Shown here piece after piece: positions 34,410 through 43,223 of a stretch of 64,000 bases of DNA; position 1 is the first letter of the stretch, and each line of letters begins with the position of its first letter. A model generated the notes under the pieces. It was given only the letters and a program-made list of their open reading frames with translations. It searched no databases and was not told the origin of the DNA. Source of the stretch: Lentisphaeraceae bacterium (GTDB lineage Bacteria > Verrucomicrobiota > Kiritimatiellia > RFP12 > UBA1067). A program made the translations under genes and the position numbers. The stretch is taken from positions 2,757-66,756 of the forward strand of contig SFPL01000025.1 in the NCBI GenBank assembly GCA_004551905.1, written 5' to 3'.

Positions 34410-35255
34410 ATGACCACGAAAGGCGAGAACAGGGTGCGCGCGGCGCTTTTGGGCGTTTCGCTCCTCACGCTCGTCTACGGCTTCGGGGAGCTGATCTTCG
34501 TGCACGCGCCGTTCGTGTTCTCAGACCCGCTCGAGGACATGTCCTTCGGCTGGTACGTGCCGATCTTCTCCGCCTACGTGGTCTGGCGCGAGCGCCGCGA
34601 GCTCATGGCCTCGCTCGGCGAGCCGAGCCTCGCAGGGCTTGCGGCGGCGCTCGCCGCGCTCTTCGTTGGCTTCCTCGGCGTCCGCGGGGTGCAGATCCGG
34701 TTCGAGATCGTCGCCTTCGCCGCGCTGCTCGTGGCGGTGCCCTGGGCGATGTACGGCCGCCGCACCGCCGCGCGGCTTGCGTTCCCCGCGGCGTTCCTGC
34801 TTTTCTGCATTCCGCTCGCGACCTTCCTCGACGTCGTGACCGTGCACCTCCGGCTCCTGGCCAGCGCCGTCGCCGCGGCGATTCTGCATGGTGTCGGTGC
34901 CGGGGTGGAGCGCGTCGGCACCACGATCACCACCTCCGGCGGCTTCGCGATCGACGTCGCCGCGCCGTGCGCGGGGCTGCGGTCGATCTTCGCGCTCCTC
35001 GCGCTCGCGGCCGGCTACGGCTACTTCGCGCTCGGCGGCTGGTGGCGCCGCGCGGCGCTCTTCGCGCTCGCGGTGCCGATCGCAGTCGTCGGCAACATCG
35101 CGCGCGTGCTGATGATCTGCCTCGTCGGCACCTGGTGCTCGCCGTCCTTCGCGACCGGCTTCTACCACGACTACTCCGGCTACGTCGTATTCCTCGTCGC
35201 CATCGCAATGATGGTGGGCTGCGCCGAGCTGCTGCGCGGAAGGAGGCGGAAATGA
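34410..35255 (+). CDS. exosortase (EpsH-like, multi-pass membrane cysteine transpeptidase family)
   Basis: It has 8 predicted TM segments. 'AIDVAAPCAGLRSIFALLALA' is the catalytic Cys region and 'VGNIARVLMI' carries the conserved Asn/Arg. Both are family signatures. Confidence 0.8.
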   Translation: MTTKGENRVRAALLGVSLLTLVYGFGELIFVHAPFVFSDPLEDMSFGWYVPIFSAYVVWRERRELMASLGEPSLAGLAAALAALFVGFLGVRGVQIRFEIVAFAALLVAVPWAMYGRRTAARLAFPAAFLLFCIPLATFLDVVTVHLRLLASAVAAAILHGVGAGVERVGTTITTSGGFAIDVAAPCAGLRSIFALLALAAGYGYFALGGWWRRAALFALAVPIAVVGNIARVLMICLVGTWCSPSFATGFYHDYSGYVVFLVAIAMMVGCAELLRGRRRK

Positions 35256-35848
35256 GCGCCCCGCGCCTGCTGGTCCCGTCCCTCGCCGCCGCCGCGGTGG
35301 TCGCGACGATGGTCGCGCAGACCTCGCTGCCGCCGCCGGAGGCCGCCGCGGATCCAGTGGTGCGGCTCGGCGACATCGCCGGCTGCGTCGCCGAGGACTC
35401 CGCCGCGACCGACGTCGAGCTCGGCGCGCTGCCGCCAGACACCCGCATCCTGCGGCGCGTCTACTTCGGGCCCGGCGGCGCGCGGCACGTGGTGACCGCG
35501 GTCATCGGCGGGCGCACCAAGAGCTCGATCCACCGTCCCGAGCTCTGCCTGCCGGCGCAGGGCTACCTCATGCGCGATCCGCGCGGCGCTGAGTTCGCCG
35601 GCGTTCCCTGGCGGATCATGCGGATCGAGCGCGGCTCGGTGGCCGAGCCTCTGCGCTTCGCCTACACCTTCTTCAACCAGGACGGCCGCCGCACCGCTTC
35701 CCACGTCGAGCGCATCCTGACCGACGTCTGGGACCGCTCGGTGCGCTCGCGGATCGACCGCTGGGTGATGCTGACCGTCAATTCCTCGGGCTGCGGTGAA
35801 GACGGCTTAGGCGAGTTCCTGGCCGCGCTGAAAGGAGCGATCGAATGA
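35252..35848 (+). CDS. exosortase-associated EpsI family protein
   Basis: The start overlaps the exosortase stop by ATGA. It has an N-terminal TM segment and an 'HRPELCLPAQGY' motif matching the EpsI 'H.PE.CLPG.G' signature. Confidence 0.7.
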   Translation: MSAPRLLVPSLAAAAVVATMVAQTSLPPPEAAADPVVRLGDIAGCVAEDSAATDVELGALPPDTRILRRVYFGPGGARHVVTAVIGGRTKSSIHRPELCLPAQGYLMRDPRGAEFAGVPWRIMRIERGSVAEPLRFAYTFFNQDGRRTASHVERILTDVWDRSVRSRIDRWVMLTVNSSGCGEDGLGEFLAALKGAIE

Positions 35849-37737
35849 CAGCGAGAATCCTGCCCTATGTCGTGCCGTTCCTCGGAGCGCTGGCCCTGAC
35901 GCTGGTCCTTACGCCGATCGTGCGCGGGGTCAACCGCCGGCTTGGGATGGTCGACCGGCCGGGCGGCCGCCGGATTAACCGGACGCCCATTCCGCGCGGC
36001 GGCGGCGTGGCGCTCTTCCTCGGCATTGCCGTTTCCTATTCGCTCTTTCTCCTCCTCTCCGGCCACCAGCCGCTCGGCCCGGTGCCTACGTACGTGTTCT
36101 GGCGGCTCTCGGCGCTTGCCGCGCTGTCGACGGCGATCGGGCTTGCGGACGACAAGTGGTCGCTTCCGCCGCTCGCGAAGCTCGCCGGGCAGCTGGTGGT
36201 GGGACTGCTGGTCTGGCTCTGGGCGGGGCTCGGCTTCTCCGACCTCTGGCCGTCCATCCCCGCGCCGGTCGACTGCGTCCTCACCGTCTTCTGGGTGGTC
36301 GGGGCGATGAACGCGTTCAACCTGATCGACGGGCTGGACGGGCTCGCGAGCGGGCTGGCGCTGATCGCGGTGGTCGGCATGGCGGGCGGGCTCTTCTTCG
36401 TGCGCTGCACCGCGCAGGTGACGTTCTACGCCGCCGTCGCCGGCGGGCTTCTCGGCTTCCTGCGCTACAACTACAACCCCGCGAGCGTGTTTCTCGGCGA
36501 CTCCGGCTCGATGCTGATCGGCTACATAATCGCGGTGCTGCCGCTCTGCTCGCACGTGCAGAACTCGCTGCTCGTATCGGTCGGCGTTCCACTGCTGTCG
36601 ATGGGAGTGCCGATCTTCGACACCTCGCTCGCCATCTTGCGCCGCGCGTTGCGGCGGATGCTCCTGCGGAACCCGGTCTCGCGGCTCGCGGCCGGCGTAA
36701 CCTCGGCCGACTCCGACCACATCCACCACCGCATCCTCCGGGCGATGGGGCTGAACCAGCGCAAGGCGGCGTGGACGCTCTACGCGATCGCCATCTTCCT
36801 GGTGGCGGTCGGTCTGGTGGCGGCCTCGCTCCGCTCGCGCGCGGCCGGGCTCTGGCTCGCCGCCTTCGCCGCAGCCACGGTGATCGTCTTCCGCGACATG
36901 GCGCGCGTGGAGTTCTTCGACGCCGGGATGCTGCTGAGCCGAGCCGCCCACGCGCACGACTCTGTGAGCCGCCGCCGCCGCGCCAGGTTCGCGGTGCCGT
37001 TCTACCTCGCCGCCGACATCTGCGTGCTCGTCGTCTCGTTCGCCGTCCTCGTCTTCGCGCTCCAGCTGCCGCATTCCCTCGCCCACGTCCGCGTGGCGCT
37101 GCCGATCACCGTCGCCGCCTCGTTCGCCGCGCTCGTGTTCATGCGCACCTACGTTACCGTCTGGTCGCGGGCGATGCCGTCCAACTACGCGCGGCTCTTC
37201 CTCGCCTGCGCCGGCGGCTCGCTTGCGGGCTCGGTCGCTGTCTACTACATCGCGCCCGGGGCAGACGGCGACATGCTCTTCGCCTTCGCGTCAGGCTACG
37301 CGCTCCTCACCTTCCTCGGCACGCTCTCCGTCCGCGTGGTGCGCATGCTGGCGCGGGACTTCTTCTACGCGCTCGACTGCGGCCGGCTCGTCGCCCGCAG
37401 GGACGTCTCGCGGGTGCTCGTCTACGGCTCGGGCCTCCGCTACCGCGCCTTCCGCCGCGAGCTCGTGCGCCGCACCCCCGAGAACAACCGCATCATCGTC
37501 GGCATCGTCGACGACGACATCCTGCTGCGTGGGCACTACATCGGCGGCCTCAAGGTCTGGGGCACGCTCGCCAAGGCGCCGGACATCATCAACCGGCTCA
37601 ACGTCGATACCTTCGTGATCGCCTGCGAACTGAGCGACGAGCGCCTCAACGTCGTGCGCCGCCTGCTCGCCCCGACCGGCGTCGCCATTTCCCGCTTCAC
37701 CTTCGGCGAAGAGCCGATCCAGCCAATAAGGAAATAA
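35845..37737 (+). CDS. initiating sugar-phosphate transferase (WecA/WbpL glycosyltransferase family 4) fused to a C-terminal cytoplasmic Rossmann-like domain
   Basis: 'GAMNAFNLIDGLDGLASG' and 'VFLGDSGSMLIGY' match the MraY/WecA motifs. The C-terminal half 'VLVYGSGLRYRAFRRELV...IVGIVDDD...VDTFVIA' resembles the NAD/CoA-binding domain of WbaP/PglC-type polyisoprenyl-phosphate transferases. Confidence 0.8.
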   Translation: MTARILPYVVPFLGALALTLVLTPIVRGVNRRLGMVDRPGGRRINRTPIPRGGGVALFLGIAVSYSLFLLLSGHQPLGPVPTYVFWRLSALAALSTAIGLADDKWSLPPLAKLAGQLVVGLLVWLWAGLGFSDLWPSIPAPVDCVLTVFWVVGAMNAFNLIDGLDGLASGLALIAVVGMAGGLFFVRCTAQVTFYAAVAGGLLGFLRYNYNPASVFLGDSGSMLIGYIIAVLPLCSHVQNSLLVSVGVPLLSMGVPIFDTSLAILRRALRRMLLRNPVSRLAAGVTSADSDHIHHRILRAMGLNQRKAAWTLYAIAIFLVAVGLVAASLRSRAAGLWLAAFAAATVIVFRDMARVEFFDAGMLLSRAAHAHDSVSRRRRARFAVPFYLAADICVLVVSFAVLVFALQLPHSLAHVRVALPITVAASFAALVFMRTYVTVWSRAMPSNYARLFLACAGGSLAGSVAVYYIAPGADGDMLFAFASGYALLTFLGTLSVRVVRMLARDFFYALDCGRLVARRDVSRVLVYGSGLRYRAFRRELVRRTPENNRIIVGIVDDDILLRGHYIGGLKVWGTLAKAPDIINRLNVDTFVIACELSDERLNVVRRLLAPTGVAISRFTFGEEPIQPIRK

Positions 37738-37754
37738 TGAAAGGACAGCGAAAA

Positions 37755-38915
37755 ATGAAGACCACCATCGTCAATGCCCACGTCGTCTCCCCCGGTGTCG
37801 ACCTCGAGAACGCGGTTGTCGTCGTCGAGGACGGGCGGATCAAGTCCGTCAGGAAGGGCCCTGCGTCCGCGAAGGCGGACAAGAACAACACCGTCGTCGA
37901 CGTGCGCGGGCAGTACCTGATGCCCGGCTTCATCGACGTTCATACCCACGGCGCGCTCGGCTACGACTTCTGCGACGCGGACGAGAAGGCCGTCTTCGAG
38001 TTCGCCAGGGCGAAGCTCCAGGAGGGCGTGACGACCGTCCTCCCCACCACTCTCACCGTCTCGCACGACGAGCTCGTCAGGGCTGCGAAGAACGCCAAAA
38101 AGTACGCCGACTCTGGCATGCCATACGCGAAGGTGCCGGCCATCCACCTCGAGGGGCCGTTCATCAACGTCAAGTGCTGCGGCGCCCAGAACCCGAAGTA
38201 CGTGCGCAGGCCCGACATCAAGGAGGTCAAGGCGATCGCCAAGGTCTATCCGGTGAAGCTCATCTCCTACGCGGTCGAGTCCGAGGGCGGCGCCAAGTTC
38301 GCCAAGGAGTGCTTCAGGGCCGGCGTGGTGCCGAGCTGCGGGCACACCGGCGCCAAGTTCGCCGACCTCAAGCCGGCGTACAGGAACGGCCTTAGGCACA
38401 TGACCCACTTCTGCAACCAGATGACCCCGCTCCACCACCGCGAGGTCGGCATGGTCGGCGCCGGGTTCCTGGTCGAGGACCTCAACACCGAGGTCATCTG
38501 CGACAAGATCCACCTCTGCCCCGACATGCTCCGGCTCATCTTTACCCGCCGCAGCCTCGAGCACATCCAGATGATCACCGACTCGCTCCGCTGCTCGCAC
38601 TGCAGGGACGGCTACGCCTTCGAGATGGGCGGGCTCAAGGTGCTGCTCAAGAACGGCGAGGCGCGCCTCGTCGAGGGCGGCAACCTCGCCGGCTCCACGC
38701 TCTGGATGGGGATGGGGCTCAAGAACGTCCACGACGTCACCGGCATCCCGCTCAAGGACCTCGTCCGCTGCACCTCCTGGAACCAGGCGATCGAGCTTGG
38801 CTGGGGCAAGGATCTCGGCAAGGTCGAGAAGGGGTATGTCGCCGACCTCGTGGTGATCAACCCGCGGAGCTGGAAGCCGTCGGCCGTCTTCGTTGACGGT
38901 ATCCAGAAGATTTGA
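37755..38915 (+). CDS. nagA: N-acetylglucosamine-6-phosphate deacetylase
   Basis: Motifs 'LMPGFIDVHTHGALGYDF' and 'HLEGPFIN' are present. Confidence 0.9.
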   Translation: MKTTIVNAHVVSPGVDLENAVVVVEDGRIKSVRKGPASAKADKNNTVVDVRGQYLMPGFIDVHTHGALGYDFCDADEKAVFEFARAKLQEGVTTVLPTTLTVSHDELVRAAKNAKKYADSGMPYAKVPAIHLEGPFINVKCCGAQNPKYVRRPDIKEVKAIAKVYPVKLISYAVESEGGAKFAKECFRAGVVPSCGHTGAKFADLKPAYRNGLRHMTHFCNQMTPLHHREVGMVGAGFLVEDLNTEVICDKIHLCPDMLRLIFTRRSLEHIQMITDSLRCSHCRDGYAFEMGGLKVLLKNGEARLVEGGNLAGSTLWMGMGLKNVHDVTGIPLKDLVRCTSWNQAIELGWGKDLGKVEKGYVADLVVINPRSWKPSAVFVDGIQKI

Positions 38916-38923
38916 TATACTAC
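38911..38923 (+). promoter_or_regulatory. candidate tRNA-Ser promoter (TTTGATATACTAC)
   Basis: A variant of the recurring extended -10 motif. It lies about 40 nt upstream of the tRNA 5' end. Confidence 0.3.
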
Positions 38924-38962
38924 GCGCATTCACGGCCCCGAGTCTCTTCGGGGCCCGGTGCA

Positions 38963-39056
38963 GGAGGGATGGCCGAGTGGCTGAAGGCAACGGTTTGCTA
39001 AATCGTCATACGGACTAATCTTCGTATCGGGGGTTCGAATCCCCCTCCCTCCGCCA
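38963..39056 (+). tRNA. tRNA-Ser (anticodon GCT), type II with long variable arm, CCA encoded
   Basis: The acceptor stem GGAGGGA pairs with TCCCTCC. The D-arm is GCC...GGC. The anticodon loop is T-T-GCT-A-A. The long variable arm is TCATACGGACTAATCTTCGTATCG. The T-arm is GGGGGTTCGAATCCCCC, with discriminator G and CCA. Confidence 0.85.
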
Positions 39057-39072
39057 GTTTGGATCTTGCCCC

Positions 39073-39104
39073 TTGACAGATTCGGTCGGGTATGGTATTA
39101 TAAT
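39073..39104 (+). promoter_or_regulatory. candidate promoter of the second giant-protein gene (TTGACA ... TGGTATTATAAT)
   Basis: TTGACA is at 39073-39078 and the extended -10 TATGGTATTATAAT ends at 39104. The TTGACA spacing of 20 nt is long, so the extended -10 probably dominates. The SD 'aaggggtaaaga' precedes the ATG at 39140. Confidence 0.35.
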
Positions 39105-39139
39105 CATCGTTCAATTCACAAGCTTTAAGGGGTAAAGAC

Positions 39140-42100
39140 ATGAAGAAACTCGCGTATGGTTTTGCTTTGTCTGCCGCGGTCGCGTTCGGCGCGGCGAATG
39201 CGTGGGCCGACCAGGCGACGAGCTATGTCTCGGTGAGTTCGGGCGATGCGACGATAGTCGACCTTGGCGACCAGTTCGCCGTCGTATTCTCCAATGCGCA
39301 GTCCTCGGCAACGCTGGTCGCGCTTCGGCCCTGCTCGCTCCTGCGTACGCTCGTCGTCGGCGGCGGCGGCGCTGGCGGTCAGTGCATGGGCGGCGGCGGA
39401 GGTGGCGGCCAGGTGCTGGAGTCGTACGATGTCCACATCATTTCGGCGGATGATGAATTTACGCTTTCTGTGGGCGCCGGCGGTGCCAAGGGCACTGGCT
39501 ATAACGCCGGTCTCCAGGGCGGCACTTCGTCGCTAACCTTGCCTGGCGGCACCTCGCTGGTCGCATATGGCGGCGGTGGTGGCGGCGGATACTCCGCCCA
39601 GGCACCGACTGCAAACGCCGACGGCGAGATAGGCGCCGGCGGCGGCAATGGTTTTGGCTACGCGACGGCGCCGACAAAAGGGACTCACTACAACTACGGC
39701 AATCCCGGCGGTCTTGCCCAGGGCGGCGGCGGCGGCGCGGGCGCGGCGGGCGAGAATCCCGGGCTCCACGCCGAGAGCGTGCTCTACGGCGACGAGACCG
39801 CCTATCGCACCCAGGCCGGCTACGGCGGCGAGGGCGTATCGAGCGATATCTCCGGCGTCGCCGAGGTCTATGGCTCCGGCGGCGGCGGCGGCGGCGGCCA
39901 GAATCACTGGTCGCAGGTCCATGCCCCCGGCGGCACCCACGCAGGTGCGGGTGCCGTCCGTACCGACAAGACTGGCGGCGGCGATGGCGTGAAAGAGGCG
40001 CTTCCGGCCGACGAGGGATTTGGCGCTGGCGGCGGCGGCGGCAGCTTCTCTCAGACTGGCAGCAGTGGCCAGGCCCAGGCGACGAAGGGCGGCTGCGGAA
40101 CGGTCATTCTGCGTTTCTCGAAGACGGACCTCACAACACTGTTGTTTGAGGTGGATCCGATCCCCGACCAGTATTTCACCGGTTCGGCGCAGACTCCGGC
40201 AGTGGTGGTCCGTCATATCGACGGCGGCACCGTCGTCGAACCGGCAAACTATGATGTCGTCTACGAGGACAATGTCAATCCCGGCACTGCCAGGGTGACT
40301 GTTGCCGGCAAGGGTGCATACGAAGGAATCCGCGCCTCTGCCAGCTTTGTGATCTTGGACATGGTGAGCGACGAGTACGCGGCGTATGACGACCTTTCAG
40401 TGCGGAGGATAAGAGTCGGCGACCGCATCGTCTACATCTTCACCAACACAACCGATGTCTTCACCTTCAGGGCGCTTGTCAACCTTACGCTCGCCGACGC
40501 GCTCGTCGTGGGCGGCGGCGGCTCGGGCGGCCACACCATCGGCGGCGGCGGAGGAGGCGGGGCGGTCGTCACCTCCACGGTTCAGCGCGTGATGATCGCG
40601 GGCAGGGAATATTTCATAAATGTCGGCGCGGGCGGCCTTCATGCGACCACCGGGGGCTTCGCGTCCGGGGTTCAGGGCGGTACTTCCACATTGACCTTCC
40701 AGGACGCCTCCACATTGGTCGCCTATGGCGGTGGTGGTGGCGGCGGGTACAACAAGGGCCCCACTTCGTCGGCGACAGGCGAGATCGCGTCCGGCGGCGG
40801 CAGTGGCGCCGGTGGAACGTTTTCCGCCGGTGCTGACGGCGTCAACTATTCCTCCGCCTTCGGCAATATCGGCGGAACTGGAACGGGTAACTACGGCGGC
40901 GGTGGCGGCGGCGCGGGAACGGCCGGACAGAACAGTTCCGTTAAAGGCGGAGACGGCGGCGAAGGTATCGTAAGTTCCATCACTGGCATTGCCGAGGTGT
41001 ACGGCTCTGGCGGCGGCGGCGGCGCGCGCAACGAAGGCACTCCTGGCGCAGGCGGAACCAACGCCGGCAGCGGGACGAACGGCGTGCAGATTGGGTTTGC
41101 GCCGTTGATTATGTCAGGCCGCAACGGCTTTGGCGCGGGCGGCGGCGGAGGCGGCTTCAAGAGCGGCGGCGGCTATTACGGCGGCGACGGCGGCTGCGGC
41201 ACCATTATTCTTTCCTTTACTCTCGGCGCCAATGTCGGCCAGCCGACGATCGCCTCGAAGTCGATTACATTCCCTGACGGCATCACCCAGCCCAAAGTGA
41301 CGGTGACGCTGGGAAATTCGCGTTTGGAGTATGGTTTCGCAGCCACCGTCAGGATTGTGCTGCGGGACGGCGACGGCACCGAACTGTGCGCCAGGTCCTT
41401 CGCCGGCGTGGTGGCTGGCAAGCCGGTGGAATGGCCGGCGCCGCTGTGCGTGGAGCCGGGAACGACGGTGACGGCGCACATCGAGGTAACCTGCGACGGC
41501 GCGGACGATGTGTACGGCAGCGTGACGGAAGTCGCCGCTGGCGAGATGTCCCCATATTACGGACGCGGCGGCGGTGCGGGCGTCATCCATGTGCGGCAGG
41601 GCGCGACCGGGCTTAATAACGGCAGCGACTGGTTCAACGCCTACACCGACTTCCGTGCGGCGATAAAGGAGCTGAGTGCGGAGCGCCCCGAGCTCTGGTT
41701 CTCTGGCGACGAGACCAATCCGTTGGTGAAGGCGACAATTTTGCCGCCAGTTGCGGCGGTAATCCGCGGCGGATTCGCGGGCACCGAGAACAGTGCGGCG
41801 GAGCGCGCCGAGGGGGCGATGTCGCTCTGTGACGCGGTCAACAGTGGATACTGCTTCGACTTCGAGAACACGCAGGCGATAACGCTCGACGGCTTCCATC
41901 TCAAGCGCGGAGAGAACCACAACCTCAAAAAGAGCGGGGCTGGCGACATCACAGTCACCAACTGCGTCTCGAGCGATGCCTCTGGAAAGTCGAACGGCCA
42001 CGGAGGCTACTTGATCGGCAGCTCGGAGACGGTGGCGAGGTTTGCCAATGTTCGTTTCTCGAACCTCTTCGGCGGAGAGAGGAACGGCGACAACAAGGGA

Positions 42101-43102
42101 ACTGCGCTCTATCTCGATACGTTTTCGCGGGTGTACATCGACGGCTGCACCTTCTCAACCAATGGCTGTAGCTTCAGCTGCGGCTTCGACAACTCGATGT
42201 ACGAACAGGACGGCGCGGCGCTCTTCGCCAAGAACGCGCCGCTCACCGTGCGCGGCACGCGCTTCCTCGCCAATCGCTCGCAGATACTCAACTATGGCAA
42301 CGTCGAGCGCGGCGGCGTGGTGCGCGTGACCGGCTCGTGCGGCGCGACGGCCTTCACTAACTGCCTCTTCGTCGGCAATGAGGTGGTCCATGGTTATTGG
42401 AGTATTACAGAAATCAAGAGCGATACGGGCGGCATGCTGGCGGCAAGCCCGTCGTCGGGCACGGTGGACATAGTGAACTGCACCTTCGCGATGGGACTTG
42501 CGTCCATAACATACGGTCCAGCGGCGGTGGCGGTGCGCAGCGGCACGGTGAACGTGTTGAACAGCATCTTCTACGGCAACACCAACTGCGCCTGGAACAC
42601 GGCTGGCTTCGATATCCATGTCGCGGCAGGCGCGACGGCGAACATTTCCCACTGCCTCTTCGAGGACGACTCCGCTGGGCGCATTGTCTGCGCCGAAGGC
42701 GGTACGGCCAATCTCGCGACCTCGACCTTCGTTTACGGCAATCCGCTGTTCGTGACGGATACTGCGCCGTCAAGCTTCCTGAGGATGGCGAAGCCGGATA
42801 AAATAGGTGATTCCATCCTCCTCAACGAGAGCAAGATTGGGGAGCTGACGGCGTTCAACGCGCATGTCCGCGGCGGCCTCGGTTACTTCGATGAGAAGAC
42901 GGGCGAGCTGGTGGCGGACTTCAAGTCGCACGGAGCGGTTTCTCCGGCTCAGGACGCCGGGAATCCGGCGGCGATCTTCTATTCCGGCGAGCCGGACTGC
43001 CAGCACGGCTGGCACGGCCGCCGCGGCAACCTCGGCTACTACGGCAACACGCCGTGGGCGACGATGACCCAGCTCCCGGGCTCTCTATACTACATAAGAT
43101 GA
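39140..43102 (+). CDS. secreted 1320-aa paralog of the giant protein: signal peptide, two copies of the glycine-rich domain, Ig-like repeat, one pectate-lyase-fold beta-helix module, and the same C-terminal tail
   Basis: The signal peptide is 'MKKLAYGFALSAAVAFGAANAWA'. Glycine-rich copies 'LVVGGGGAGGQCMGGGGGGGQV...VGAGGA' (about 39350) and 'LVVGGGGSGGHTIGGGGGGGAV...VGAGG' (about 40500) each end '...CGT(I/V)IL(R/S)F'. The Ig-like repeat is 'PAVVVRHIDGGTVVEPANYDVVYEDNVNPGTARVTVAGKGAYEG'. The beta-helix cap is 'YYGRGGGAGVIHVRQGATG...SDWFNAYTDFRAAIKEL'. The end is 'SPAQDAGNPAA...GNLGYYGNTPWATMTQLPGSLYYIR'. Confidence 0.9.
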   Translation: MKKLAYGFALSAAVAFGAANAWADQATSYVSVSSGDATIVDLGDQFAVVFSNAQSSATLVALRPCSLLRTLVVGGGGAGGQCMGGGGGGGQVLESYDVHIISADDEFTLSVGAGGAKGTGYNAGLQGGTSSLTLPGGTSLVAYGGGGGGGYSAQAPTANADGEIGAGGGNGFGYATAPTKGTHYNYGNPGGLAQGGGGGAGAAGENPGLHAESVLYGDETAYRTQAGYGGEGVSSDISGVAEVYGSGGGGGGGQNHWSQVHAPGGTHAGAGAVRTDKTGGGDGVKEALPADEGFGAGGGGGSFSQTGSSGQAQATKGGCGTVILRFSKTDLTTLLFEVDPIPDQYFTGSAQTPAVVVRHIDGGTVVEPANYDVVYEDNVNPGTARVTVAGKGAYEGIRASASFVILDMVSDEYAAYDDLSVRRIRVGDRIVYIFTNTTDVFTFRALVNLTLADALVVGGGGSGGHTIGGGGGGGAVVTSTVQRVMIAGREYFINVGAGGLHATTGGFASGVQGGTSTLTFQDASTLVAYGGGGGGGYNKGPTSSATGEIASGGGSGAGGTFSAGADGVNYSSAFGNIGGTGTGNYGGGGGGAGTAGQNSSVKGGDGGEGIVSSITGIAEVYGSGGGGGARNEGTPGAGGTNAGSGTNGVQIGFAPLIMSGRNGFGAGGGGGGFKSGGGYYGGDGGCGTIILSFTLGANVGQPTIASKSITFPDGITQPKVTVTLGNSRLEYGFAATVRIVLRDGDGTELCARSFAGVVAGKPVEWPAPLCVEPGTTVTAHIEVTCDGADDVYGSVTEVAAGEMSPYYGRGGGAGVIHVRQGATGLNNGSDWFNAYTDFRAAIKELSAERPELWFSGDETNPLVKATILPPVAAVIRGGFAGTENSAAERAEGAMSLCDAVNSGYCFDFENTQAITLDGFHLKRGENHNLKKSGAGDITVTNCVSSDASGKSNGHGGYLIGSSETVARFANVRFSNLFGGERNGDNKGTALYLDTFSRVYIDGCTFSTNGCSFSCGFDNSMYEQDGAALFAKNAPLTVRGTRFLANRSQILNYGNVERGGVVRVTGSCGATAFTNCLFVGNEVVHGYWSITEIKSDTGGMLAASPSSGTVDIVNCTFAMGLASITYGPAAVAVRSGTVNVLNSIFYGNTNCAWNTAGFDIHVAAGATANISHCLFEDDSAGRIVCAEGGTANLATSTFVYGNPLFVTDTAPSSFLRMAKPDKIGDSILLNESKIGELTAFNAHVRGGLGYFDEKTGELVADFKSHGAVSPAQDAGNPAAIFYSGEPDCQHGWHGRRGNLGYYGNTPWATMTQLPGSLYYIR

Positions 43103-43160
43103 CAATATTCGCTCGGCGGACTGCCGGTAGTCGGCGTCTGAGCCACTTTCTGCGGCGGAA

Positions 43161-43173
43161 TTTTGGTATAATA
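43161..43173 (+). promoter_or_regulatory. extended -10 TTTGGTATAATAC upstream of the fucosidase / efflux operon
   Basis: An exact copy of the 13-mer at 1675. The ATG is at 43224 with SD 'aaaggggag'. Confidence 0.4.
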
Positions 43174-43223
43174 CCCATAAATCTTCCGGGTATGTCCGGT
43201 AAAAACACGAAAGGGGAGCTAAT

